Made by a program: the position numbers and the translations under genes
The notes under the pieces: model-generated
The model's input: the letters and a program-made list of their open reading frames with translations, nothing else
Database searches by the model: none
Told to the model about the DNA's origin: nothing
Part shown: positions 27,639 through 39,773 of the stretch, one piece after another
Numbering within the stretch: position 1 is the stretch's first letter
Layout of the letters: every line of letters starts with the position of its first letter
Source of the DNA: Vicugna vicugna
Taxonomy: Eukaryota
Direction of reading: 5' to 3'
NCBI GenBank assembly: GCA_013265495.1
Contig: MU061579.1
Coordinates: forward strand, 1,269,159 to 1,333,158
Length of the DNA stretch: 64,000 bases

Positions 27639-28259
27639 TGAGAGGATCACCATGTCCCAGGTATCAGTTGAGTTCCCGGGACACTCCCCGCCAAGTGCAG
27701 GTCGTTGGCTTCATGCAGGAAAAAATTCAAGAGCAAGCCACATTTGAGTAAAGGTAGATGTATTCAGAGAGATACATACTCCATAGAGTGCAGGCGTGTT
27801 TCAGAAGGCAAGAGAAAGGCCATGGCATGTGAGAATTGGATGCTTAGTTTAAAGTAAAGGTAGTCACACACTCCACAGAGTGGTCCATCTCACTTGGGAG
27901 AGTGGCCACAAGGTATGGGGGTTGTTAGTTTTCGTGGGCTTGGTAAATTCATTTGCTAACAAGTGGGAGGATTATTCCAACTACTTTGGGGTGGGGGCTG
28001 GATTTTCCAGGAATTGGGCCACTGCCCACTTTTTGACCCTTTATGGTTAGCCTTGGAACTGTCATGGCACCTGTGATAGTGCCACTTAACATGTTAATAT
28101 ATTATAATGAGCATATAATGAAGTTCAAAATCTACTGAAGTCAAATCTCTCGCCATCTTGGAACTCCAGGCCTTCTAGGGTTTGAATCTTCCACCTTCTT
28201 GGTGTTAATTGCTGTCATTCTTTGAATGGCTGTGCCCTGCCCCCTTCCTTTCCATCTCA
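27639..28259 (-). mobile_element. ERV1 solo LTR, MER41-like
   Basis: Termini tgaga...tctca. 4-bp flanks gggg/gggt. MER41-type blocks in order (aattcaagagcaagcca; tgctaacaagtgggaggattattc; ttccaggaa; aactgtcatggcacctg; tcgccatcttgg). Internal repeat gtaaaggtag...actcca(t/c)agagtg at about 27748 and 27854. Confidence 0.85.
28005..28013. promoter_or_regulatory. GAS (STAT) motif TTCCAGGAA within the MER41-like LTR
   Basis: Exact TTCNNNGAA match at the position where MER41-type LTRs carry STAT1 sites. Function not demonstrated. Confidence 0.5.
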
Positions 28260-30669
28260 GGGTGATGTCTTCAAAGTTATGCTATCCAGTGCTTATCCAC
28301 AAGAACATACAGAGAAGCAACTATGACATAATGGACATTTAAACTTAAAATGCTAAGAAGCTGTTAGAGTTTACTGAGAGTGTTCAGTCTGGGCTATGCT
28401 ACTTTTTGTTGATCTAAGTAGCTCTACAAAGACCTTGGGACATTAGCTCCTGCTGTGGTAAGGCTACTATTTGCTGGCAGGGATGACAACCATGCAAAGG
28501 CTTTATGAAGATCATCTAGCCTGCCAACACCAGCGCCATCCTTCCACTAAGATTGTGCTCTAGTTACAACAGCAGCTGGATGGCAGTTCTTGGTTCTCTA
28601 AAACCAAGAATCAACTTATAGAAAGATACACCTCAAATAAATTAGACTTGATTTCTTTAATTTCTCCTTTTCCTGAAACAATAATGTGATTAATCTATCA
28701 TTGTTTTGGAGTATGTTCTTTCTTTATTTGTCTATAAAGAGACATTACTTTGTATGCTTTTGGCTTGTGAAATATTATTACAGATTATAATTTCCACAGT
28801 GGACCTGTAAATTATTGTTAAAGACAATCTGTTTCTGAGCATAATTTGACAAAAACAAAACAATGGGAAAGTCAGATTTGGCCAACCAATGCTCAAATGT
28901 GATAATGTGATTCTTCTTTTAATAATTACACCAAATTTACTCTTTGGAGCTTATTTCTTATTGACAATATAGAGAAGAAAATAAATCAATGTAAATAAAA
29001 ATCATTTTAAATATACATCTGTTTGGCATTTATCTTAGAGAATAGTACATGTGAGTCCAAGAAAGCAGAGTCATGTCATTGTTATCCAATGTCAAAAGAT
29101 TTGGATAATAAATAATACACATATTTTTAAGCAATATGTTTATATGTTCAAAAGAGTATTTCTTAAATATGTATTTTCTGTGAATGTGTGTCAGACTCTA
29201 TCATCTCTCCTTTTTAAAACATATAAGCTGCTTTTCATATCACTTGGATCTCAAAAGAAAGGGAAACTACATAATTATGTTAAAATGGTTATTTCTTTTA
29301 ACAAAAAATCAATATTCAAGAAAATTTATTTTACATTAATTCCATTGTGATAGAAACTAACTTGGTTTTTTTACTACAAGGCTGATATATATTTTTTCTG
29401 GTCATAATCAGTCATATGTATATATAAATTTTGCCTAACATTTTAAATACTCCTGAAAAACTAAAGCACATAAGAATAAGTCAAAATGATTATTTTATAT
29501 CCTATTAACATATATTACAATAAGATATAAACTGGGATTTAGATTGCGTTTTAACATACATTGAATAAACATAAATCTATAAATTTATTAGTGAGTTAAA
29601 TTTAAAATAATTCAAATGTAATATTGGCCAATAAATTTCTTTTCATTGGGATTTTTACATGTTCAGCAAGTACTTGGAATTCTAATGGCCCATGAGAATA
29701 TTATAAACACTATGAAGGGGAAAAGCTTTATAAGAATCATTTAAAAGTTTTAATAGAAGATATGTGGGCCATTATATCATTTCCCACTGAATGAGGTAAA
29801 ATTTTTCAAAGACCTTAGAAACTTTTCTGAAGTTATTATTCAGGAATGACCAACATCTGGATCAATAAGTATTGAGTTGAAATATGTAACTCAGAGAGAA
29901 TCAGTGGTCCCATTAATAGATTGCATGTCTATGAAATATATAGTGGAAAGTATCCCCATAAAGTTATAGGACAAAAAAGTAGTTAAATCTACAAAGTTGC
30001 TTTCTTTCTATGAATATCAAGGCAGTTGTAACACAGAACAGTCAATTGTGATAACTCTGTTTTAAAAGCTAGAGTTGTTAAGGCTAGAATTCCTCTAGAA
30101 GACACTGTCTTATTTCTGAATTGGGTGCACTTTGAGTCTATATATATATACATGCATACATATATGTTTACATTTTTTTTTTGGTTAAGGTGAATGGGTG
30201 GTAAGTCTATTCCTTGCCTGTTTTTTCACATTTATCATTGCTGTTTCTGTTTATGAGGGACATCATATAGGGCACATAAATAAGGCCCTACATAGCTATA
30301 TATGGCAGCCAAATGGAACAGCAAGGTTGATCATAAAAATAAATAGAGGCAAACTTACCTCTAAACTGCTATCAAATTGAAGGATGATCGCATATTGAAT
30401 ACTTTTTATATATAAACTCATTTGTTGAGCATTGTCAGCAACATTATGAAATATAATACTTAGAAAAAGCATTTATCTTTTTTGAGAAATGACTAAATAA
30501 AAAGAGGTTAGAAGAAAATTAGAAAGTTAGAACTCATTTAAGTAATACATCAAGAAATGTCCAAAGTAACATATGCTTAGATGTCATGGGCAGAGCAAAT
30601 AATTTGATTGCATGGAATCAGAGAGTTGGCCAATAATTTTTAGGAAAAAAAGAATTATAGACCAGATGG

Positions 30670-31079
30670 TGCATTGGTCATTCCCCCGAGAAACCAAAGC
30701 ATTATGATGACAGGAGAAAGAAAGAGGTTAAGAAATTTTGGGGGGCGGAGTGAGGGAGGCAGGGGAACTGGCAAGTCTAAATTTTACAGGGCAGGCTAGA
30801 GATCCAGGAAGAGATGATGCTGTAATTGGAGTCTGAAGGGCCATCTGGAGGCAGAATTCCTTCTTTCTCAAGGACCTCAGGTTTTTCTCTGAAAGGCCTG
30901 CAGCTTTCAGGACGAGGCCCAACCACATTAGGGAGAGTCCTCTGCTTTACTCAAAAGTCTATTGATTTAAAGTCAATCTCATCTAAAAAACACCTTCACA
31001 GGGACATCTAGACTGACTTTTGGCCAAATATCTGGGTACCATGGCCTAGCCAAGTTGACATATGAAACTAACCATCACA
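30670..31079 (-). mobile_element. ERVL solo LTR, MLT2D-like
   Basis: Ends caagttgacatatgaaactaaccatcaca (reverse complement of the MLT2 5' end). Perfect 5-bp TSD gatgg (30665-30669 / 31080-31084). Confidence 0.92.
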
Positions 31080-32059
31080 GATGGTGTATTTTAAGTTAGT
31101 TTGAATGTTTGTCTGAAAGGAATATCTGAAATCTGCTCCACTGTCCCAAAACTCTCTGCAAGTCAGTATCTCAAGACTGCAACACCTAGCTGTATATTTG
31201 AATAAAAAAACTTTAGATGCCCACATGGTAGAACTGATTATTTAATTATCTCCTGTTTTTATTAAACTTAGTTACACATAAATGTAAAAAGAAATGACTT
31301 ACAAACATTCAAAGTAACTGGATTTCAGACTTCTGGTCTCTGTATCGCAGCTTTCCTCTAAGAATTCAACTCAGTTTTGCAATACTTCTCAACCTATACC
31401 GTTATTGGTCCTCATGGGGTCTTATTTACAGTTTGTGAAATCAGAGACTACCTCTCTGACATATAGTAAATCTCCTTTTAATATTTGTTGAATGATATTG
31501 CAAATCAATAAAATTCTTCATAAATAAGATACTTCGGTGCAGTTTTTACTTGGTCACTGCAGATTTCTGGTTCTGATCAAATATCCTACTGGACAGCATT
31601 TTTCTCATGCAATGATTCTGCCTCATTCTTCAGTCCGCTCTAGATTTCCACCAGCTGGAGATTTATCTAACTTATGATGCACATGAGTATAATAAATTCA
31701 TGAAATATCACATTCATTAGATCAATATACTGCAGTCTCTGAAGGATCTTGCAGTCAAGGACCCCTGGCAGGTCATACTCTTTTGCACATTTGAATTCCT
31801 AGCTCAAGGCTTTCATCCCTAGGTTCATTCCCTCATTTCCTTTATTTGAGGTTTTGGCCAGAAATCTTCCAGGACGCTCTACTGAGTCCTCTTCCTTGGG
31901 GAGAGGAAAGAGGGAAAACACTGAAGACAACTTTTCCCACTATGACTCAGTCCTGTACTTAATCAAATTATCATAATTTTAATACCATCATTTCAACTCT
32001 ATTGAAATAGACCAGGGAAAATTCAGTGGAAAGAAATAGACTCCTCCCACCATGCACAC

Positions 32060-33170
32060 ATGCATTCATGTATTTATTTATTCATTCACTATCCATTAAA
32101 CACATAGGTATTGATGAAAGTCTGTGTGTCTTGGTCTGTGTGAAATTATACGGAGCATGGATAGAACAAAGATGAAAAAGACATGGCTTCTACTTTCGAA
32201 GAAGTAGAAGTTTGGTATAAGACAGATTTGTAAAAAATATAAGTACTTGATTAAAATATGAAGAAACTTTGGAGCACCACAGAAAGGGGATAAACTCACT
32301 TTGTTTGAATAAGTAAGATAAGATGTCATTAACAGGGTAACACTTAAGCCACCTCTTAAGGGATGAATAGAAAGTTTCATAGACAGAAAAAGTGGCAGAT
32401 AATATTTGGCGAATGGGAACAACTTATAAAAAATTTTTTTTCAAATCACAAGAGTGTGGAAATGTATACCAAGCTAGTAAGCAGTGAGAACTTAATACTA
32501 CTGGAAGAAAGGCTAGAGTTGTTCAAGATAAGACCAGCAACAATATATTTTGATAAATCTCAGGCACCATATGTATGAGTTCTAGCTTTATTATCTGAGG
32601 ATGGGGTGATATAGAAATATGCAAATGGAGAATTAATATGACAATGATTTTTAAGGCTGAGTGTTATAAGAAACTTATAGATGATGCATGGAAATGCAGA
32701 TATAAACTGTCAAAAAGAAAGCCACTTAGGAGCATGTATTAATACTGAAAGCCAGAAAACCAATAGTTTTTTTCACCAAAGGTCTCATTAGTATAACATG
32801 TGAAGCTTTTAGGAAATATAGATGTTTGGGATCCAATCCACACTTTCTGATTCAGAATTTTAAGATGAAGGAATTGATTTTGCATATGTTAACATTTCCC
32901 ATAGGTTTACCTGATGCCCATTTTTTTTAAATAACCAATAGAATATCTCAGTGCACACAGAAGGCAGAAATAGTTTCAAGACCATTTTCTGAACTGAAAT
33001 CATAATACTTTGATGTGTTCTGATGGTTCAGGAATAAGGTTGTATTGATTTTGATTCAGTGGATAGTGATGGTACTTGAAAATATTAAAACATAGGAAGA
33101 GAAAAACCTTTGAAACAGTAGAAAACAAACTCAGTTTTTAATATCTAGATGATGGATTTTATCAATAAAC
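32060..33170 (-). mobile_element. L2 fragment(s), interrupted by a MER5-like element
   Basis: Starts with the antisense L2 tail (cattcatgtatttatttattcattcact...) and continues as purine-rich L2-like sequence on both sides of 32765-32935. Confidence 0.6.
32765..32935. mobile_element. MER5-like hAT-Charlie DNA transposon remnant
   Basis: cattagtataacatgtgaagcttttaggaaatatagatgtttggg...ttctgattcagaa...tgcatatgttaaca...ctgatgc follows the MER5 pattern. Confidence 0.6.
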
Positions 33171-34113
33171 TACAAATTTGTTTAATTATTCTATGGATTC
33201 CTCACTATTTATGTACATTTATACAGTTATAAGAAGCATTTATTTGTTTTGTGTAAAAGTACTTAAATGTTACTAGTTTTATTTATATGATACTGTAGTT
33301 TACATGTTATTTTGACCCAAAGTATCTCCTTCGTTTTCCTTTACAGGAGAGATTTGTAGAGACATTTTTGTTGTTGTTGCTTATTTTAATATTTTTTATG
33401 ACTGGATTCATAGTCCATTTGAGTACCTTGCATTGATGGGTAACTGACTTCCAGATTTCACATACTGTGACATGATTCCATCCTGAATTCTCAGGATAAT
33501 GCTGCTCACTGCCTGTAACAGGTATTAACTTCTCATATGATATTTACTGTCATCTCATAAGTCTCCGTGGATTTATATGTCTAACCAATTACTTTTTTCT
33601 CCAGCAAGACATTTAATTTCTTTAAAATTCTTGAAAAGACTTGTTCTTAGTATATATTTCTCAAACTGTGTACTCACTTTATATTTCTGTTTCATATGAT
33701 ATATACTTTTTAGGAATTGAAATATTTTCCTGGAAATTGAAATTTTTCTTAGAAACTTTTATATTTTTAAAGTCCAGAATTATATGAAGCAATTCTAAAT
33801 TTACCAAATTTTACACATGTTTAGTATATAGTTATAAAGATATCACTACTTCTGTTATTTAAATATTAATATTCAATTCTGGCAATCCAATGATCTGCCT
33901 GAATTATTAGCTAATAGGTCGGCAAATGTGTTAAAATATTATTTTCCATTTTATGTATCAAGACTCACAATGGGAAATCACAATAGGAACTTTTGTGAAT
34001 GCAAAAGTTGCAGGATTTTGCTTTTAAAATGGCTTCAATAAATCATAAAAATGGGCTTGGAATTATTTATTTTATTAATAACAATGTTCTATATTTTAAG
34101 TACACGATCTACT

Positions 34114-34683
34114 TTTGGTAGACAAAACTTTAAGATGGCCTCTGTGACTTCTGTCCTCTGCTGTAAAAACCTTGTATAACCTCCTCTCCCTGAGTTCTGG
34201 CAGAACCGGTGAATATGGGAAAGATCACTGCTGTGATCCTGCTGACTTGGATGTAATCAAGAGGATACCATCGCTTTGGGCTTGATTTGATCAAGTGGGC
34301 CCTTAATAAGACTGGGCTCTCTGAAGTCAGAGACAGTGGAAGTTGAACTGACCTGTGCCGGGGGAACTTGTGCAGGCTAAGAACTGCAGGTGGCCTCTTG
34401 GAGCTGAAAGTTGTTCCCTTCTTGTTCAACAGACAGTAGGACAATGGTTAAACAAACAAGAAAGGGGATTCTGCCCAAAACAATCTGAATTTGAAAGAAA
34501 GCCATGAGCTCTAGAAAGAAAGGTAACTCAGATAATACCTTCCCTTCAGCCTTGTGAGACCCCGAGACAGAGCTCAGTTCAGCCACGTGTAGACTTCTGA
34601 CCTGCAGAAATTGTGAGCTAATCAATGGGTGAGAGGATCTAACTTTGTGGTAATTTGTTAAAAAAGCACTGAAAAAACAATAT
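34114..34683 (+). mobile_element. MaLR solo LTR, MLT1E/F-like
   Basis: tggtagacaaaactttaagatggcct...cttcagccttgtgagaccc...gacttctgacctgcagaaattgtgag...tttgtggtaatttgtta. Confidence 0.9.
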
Positions 34684-35095
34684 TTTCTCTGGAAATGCTT
34701 TGAGTATATGCAAATACAAGCTGACAGCTCCGCCAGAATTTGAAAATAAGAATGCAAACTCTCAAATCTAAAGGCAGGCTTGAAAACTGGTCTTTTGTTT
34801 CTCCATCTCAACATCATAATCCAGCTATCAAAAAGATGTTGCTTTATTTTCTTCTTTGAGATATCATATTTCTTTTCTAGGTAATGACGCTGTGTTTTAA
34901 GGTCCCTTTTTCTGTCCAAGTGAATCAGACATTCCATGGAAGAGGACAATAGCAAAGAAGTAGATTGAGTTTCCTCAGTGAATGGAAAGTGAACAGAGGA
35001 ATACGTCTTCTAACTTTAACATTAAATTACTTTCAATACTAAAAATGGAAGACATTTCTTAAGGATTTATTAACTGTGGAATTCACAAAAATAGT

Positions 35096-35109
35096 GTTAC
35101 CTTAGCAAC
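35096..35109. promoter_or_regulatory. RFX X-box-like motif
   Basis: GTTACCTTAGCAAC matches the RFX palindromic consensus and lies in non-repeat sequence. Confidence 0.4.
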
Positions 35110-36078
35110 TCATGACATAGAAATTAAGCTGTCAAAATCTCGATCATTCAAAAAGGGTCACTGATCTTCATGTCAATAGAGCAGATGAAAAAGAGCTGCA
35201 GTGATGTACATTGCCAGGTTTTTGAACTCTAATAAACAAGCCAAGCTGTGTTTATGAACTCCCTGAAATAGACAAGTGGAGAATACAGTAGCATCAGTGC
35301 CAAAGTGGATTTACAGGTAGTTGGGCATTGCACACAGTTCCAAAGGAGCCTTCATTTACTACTTCTTTTTGTAATGAGGAATACCAGGTTTACCACAAAT
35401 AGCCAAGTGAGACAGCCCCTGCCCTTGCCAAAATTCATGGCTTTACCACATCATCTGTCATTAAGAAGAGATTCATTAGATCAGTATTTCCCTTAAAGGA
35501 ATTCAAGGTGTCTTTTGATTGAAAGCTTAGAGACAAGTCAGCATGAAATTCTCCAGTCCCTAAATATATCAAGTAAAAATATCATCTTTGCCATTTTACT
35601 GGGATAAAAGAGAAATCAAGAAATACAAGTTTTAAAAAATCCACTGTAACTTGGTTCTCCAGTGCAACTGTAAGTAGGTAGCACAAACTCATTCCAGTTC
35701 TTAATAAATCTTCACGTTACTGAGGAAGTTATTCCAGAATGTACATTTCACATCATCAGCAAAAGCCAGCTTTTGACCATATCATACCACATATATTTGT
35801 GACCAGGAAAAGTAGGGAGCATTAGATTTGTTTCTGGCAATTCATTTGTCTCCCAGAAATATCTTGTTTTTTAGACATCTCTCAACCATATGTTTCAAAC
35901 AACAACACTTCACTAGAACTCTGGGCATCTAATCTTGGTATAGTCATATTAGTTAAAAAAGAACTGTTCCAATTTCAACACTACTCAATCGTGGTTATTT
36001 TAACTGCATTTCTAATCCTCTTTTCATTCTTGATTTCAAAAGAATAAATATATGGTTGCTCAATTCTATTAGCCCAGT

Positions 36079-36705
36079 TGTAGGCTAATAATGACTGAAT
36101 AATGGTTTCTCCCAAATAGCCACACCTTACTCCCTGGAAGCTGGGAATATATTTATGTCACATGGCTAAGAGACTTTGTAGGTGTGATTAAGGTTATAGA
36201 CCTCGAGATGGGAAAGTTATCTTGGATTAACCAGAAAGACTCAAATCTAATTACCTGGGCCATTAAAGGCAGAAACTTTCCTCCAGCTAAAGTCAGACTG
36301 ATGTGACAGAAGAAGAGACAGGAGTGATTTGAAGTACAGGACGGACTTTACCTGCTCTTTCCAGCCTTGAAGACAAAGAAGGCCATGTGCCAAGGAATGC
36401 AGGCAGTCTCTAGCAACTGAGAATGACCCCCAGGTCTAGAACCAGCAAGTGGACGGGATCTATGATTGCTTGAACCTGGATTCAGCCAACAATCTGAATA
36501 AGCCTAAAGTGAATTATCCTCCAGAACCTCTAGACAAGGACCTAGCTCCTCTGACACCTTGATTTTGGTCTCCTAAGACTTTGAGCAGAGACACCAAGAG
36601 ATCCAGTCAGAATCTGCCCTATAAAAATCTGGGATAATAAATTCATCTTGTTTTGAGACACAAAATTATTGGTAATTGTTATGGCAGCAATAGAAAGCTA
36701 ATACA
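36079..36705 (+). mobile_element. MaLR solo LTR, MLT1D/E-like
   Basis: gagactttgtaggtgtgattaagg...gagatggga...gccaaggaatgcaggcagtctctag...atggcagcaatagaaagctaataca. Confidence 0.9.
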
Positions 36706-37296
36706 TCCAACTTAACAAACTGCTGTACCATGACATTCTGACTCCATCTGGTCCCAAGTCTGTTATGTAATGTTTTACTCTACATTCCTATTGTTTTCTA
36801 TGGTTCTTCTTATTCTGATTCCAAGTATACCCAAGTGTGCATTTCCACTCCAACTGGAAATTCCAGATACTAAAATTCTGGCACCTCACTCTAGGAAAGA
36901 TTTTGGGAAGTACAGTTTTATAACTGCATACACTGTTGTCATACCTGAAAATCTAAGTGCTGTGGTACTCACTAGAGTGCTTGCGTTTCCAAACAGAATC
37001 TCTCAGAGGAGGATTCCACAGACCAACAAGATAGACCAGGGCCGGGAGCCAATTCTGGGAGTCCAGCCAACAGTAGATATCCAAAAGAAGTCTGGACTGT
37101 GGCCACAGTCAAAACAAGTAGGCAGAATACTCACATATTGCAAGTGGGCACATTCTATTGTAAGCTTCCTTCCTGCACTGAATCTTGAGGGAATTGAGTC
37201 CTTTATGATCTGAATGTCCTTTGCATTGAACACAGATATAATGTCAAGTGGCAATGGCTGCTGCTTCTTCATCTTCAGAACGGTCTTTGCTGTTAC

Positions 37297-37333
37297 TTCC
37301 TCCTCCTTCTTCTCCTCCTCCTCCTCTTCCTTC
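37297..37333. repeat. Imperfect (CCT)n/(TTC)n repeat
   Basis: ttcctcctccttcttctcctcctcctcctcttccttc. Confidence 0.8.
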
Positions 37334-37579
37334 TGAGTATTGTATAGGTACTTATATGCATATATTCAAACACCAATGCAATAAGGATTGTTTTACATAT
37401 ACACATTTCAGAGACTTTTTTTTACCTAGAGATTATGTTCATCTCCTAAATGTGGCAGAAGAGAAACAGTATACTATCTTGATTCACATTTAAAGAACCA
37501 AGCCTATGTGATATATTAGAGAAACGAATATGCAACTTAAATACTTTCTTTTGTTTTTTATAAAACTGTCATAGTTATG

Positions 37580-38620
37580 GAATGACCACTAGGATAGATG
37601 CTAGCAATATAGCAGTAATCATATCCCAGCTTTCATGGAGTTTCAATACAAGAGAAAGGTAGATATGGAACGGGCAAAGACGTTTCATAGTGGAAAAATC
37701 TCCATGCTTACAACAATATCTAGAAATATCAAGATCTTTTGATGCAAGGAGGGCTGAGTAAGGTGAAACTAAACTTCTAAATAAAAGAATGTTGAATTGT
37801 TTAATCTGAAAAGTAAAGATTTACAGAAATTGATTGAGCAAATTCATAAAGAAAGGAATTGCTAAGAAGAGAAAATAATACTGTGAGGATCTTGGGATGA
37901 AAAGTGCTTGGCACATTCAAAGAGAAAGCTAATGTGATTATGTAATAGAGAAGAACAAATCTGACCACATACTCGATCTGTTCCTTTGCCTCTAACCCTG
38001 TGCCCTGTTTCCTAGGCTTAGTCATGCTGGTTCTGCATCTTTTGTAAAAGAATGTTGCCTATAGCCTGAAATATACAGGATAGCCTATTTTCAAGGCTTC
38101 GACCTTTAATGGTATAACACTTTCCCATTCATATAAAGATAAAATGTTGCAGACTAGGAAATAACATTTGTCTTATTGGAGGCTTGCTAGGACACCATGA
38201 CCTGATCTGAGTGGACAGCTTCAAGAACAAAGGATTCCAACACCAAGAAGTTTTCAACAACCAACCACACTCCCTCCCCTTTTTAGTATAAAAGGAACCT
38301 GAATTCAGAATTCAAAATGGTTCTCTAGGACATTACCCTGCCGTCTTCTTCATCTGCTGGCTTCTGAATAAAGTCATTATTCCTTGCCACAACACCTCGT
38401 CTTCCAATTTATTGTCCGGTCATGCGGTGAGCAGAATGAGTTTGGACTTCGTAACAATTAGAGCATAATAAGGAAGTGAGGAGAATTGGCTAAGAATGAA
38501 AAGCCTGAAGAGACCAGATTAGGATGGGTACCAGGAGCTGTTTAATTTTATAAACGTTAACTTAAGAGCACTAGGAAAATATTAAAGCCATCTAAGCAAG
38601 AAAGTGAAAAGATCAGTTGT
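37580..38620 (-). mobile_element. L2 fragment split by the MER34-like LTR
   Basis: gctttcatggagttt...cttggcacattcaaagagaaagctaatgtgatta | gagcataata...gccatctaagcaagaaagtgaaaagatcag reads as continuous L2-like sequence across the LTR. Confidence 0.55.
37941..38456 (+). mobile_element. ERV1 solo LTR, MER34-like, complete
   Basis: TG...CA termini (tgtaa...gtaaca). Perfect 4-bp TSD atta (37937-37940 / 38457-38460). TATAAAA at 38287 and AATAAA at 38367. 3' end gagcagaatgagtttggacttcgtaaca. Confidence 0.92.
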
Positions 38621-39039
38621 ACACATATACACACACACACAAAACTAACCTCTCACACATATACATAAGTCCCCAGTGAAATACTTGTAAAGCAGTCTAA
38701 CAGCACATTGCTTTGGCTTTTGCATTGTCAAAAATTATCATTACAGGAGGTTCGTGATGATCAGAAACTCTGAATACAATATCCCAGATGACCTTTGGGA
38801 AATGATGCTCTTTACATAAATAATACTGATGGAAAGAAAATGAATGAACCAGCTGCTTATAGTGTGACTGTTGGGATGATTCTTTAGTATTTTTCAGCAT
38901 CATATTTTGGGCAAATATGAATTATGCGCAGTGAAGTCTGGTGTTCTTTCCTTTTCAGTGATAATGGTGACAGTCTTTTCCTTATACTTTGTTACAGGGC
39001 TGGGATATTTCACAAGTTCTCCCAGTGGACTGTGAATGG

Positions 39040-39305
39040 ACATGAATCATTTCCCTGTGGACGCAGTTAATTGCTGGTGTGAGATCCTCTACTTCTTCCC
39101 CCTGCCATACTAATGCTGTAGCTGAGAGGGTAGAACCATAGAAACAAAGCATCCTGTATCACTAAGTCACCCCTAGAACACCTGACGTTACACCAGTCTC
39201 CACATGGATGCAAAATAAGCCTCTTTGTCTTAAACCACTGAAATCTGAGAGTTTCATTTTACAGCTATTAGGATAGCTTAGCTTATTTAGCTTAGCTTAG
39301 CCTAT
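39040..39305 (+). mobile_element. Old MaLR LTR 3' part, MLT1I/J-like
   Basis: ttgctggtgtgagatcctc...aaataagcctctttgtcttaaaccactgaaatctgagagtt...agcttagccta. Confidence 0.65.
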
Positions 39306-39712
39306 TATTTTGGTTTTACATTTAATTTTAATTATTAGTAATACCAACTTTAGTTTAATGGTTCATTTTTTATAATTACCTTAATTTTCTTTGAGCAGCT
39401 AGTTGTCTATACTTATTCCATATTTCTGATTGTCAAATGATGTAAGAACTAGCCTGAATTTGTTTTAGCTCCTCTATTAAAACTGAGTTTTGTTTGAGGT
39501 GCTCTGCTGAAGAGATACTTCCACAATTCCACAGGAAAGTCAACTTTTAGGTAGCTCTGAAACCATTTTCATCTGTGACTTAAAGTTAATGATTGGATAA
39601 TCAAGGAGAAAAAACATAATTCACATAAAAATGATAAGTGAAATTTATGCTATTAAGCCATTGATAAACAGAAAGCAGGTAATAGTCAAGTTATATAAAC
39701 TACTTAAAGTAA

Positions 39713-39719
<7 letters not shown>

Positions 39720-39743
<24 letters not shown>

Positions 39744-39773
39744 GTCTACCTTTTGTTTGTTTGTTTGTTTTGT
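39720..39773. repeat. (AAT)n and (TTTG)n microsatellites
   Basis: aataataataataataataataat followed by tttgtttgtttgtttgttt. Confidence 0.9.

Noticed and set aside
34377..34955. 192-aa ORF, the longest in the track
   Set aside because: Non-ATG start, and about half lies antisense in an MLT1 LTR; no protein similarity recognised.
36770..37213. 147-aa ORF with a hydrophobic, signal-peptide-like N-terminus
   Set aside because: No recognisable family, promoter or splice context; hydrophobic starts are common in T-rich DNA.
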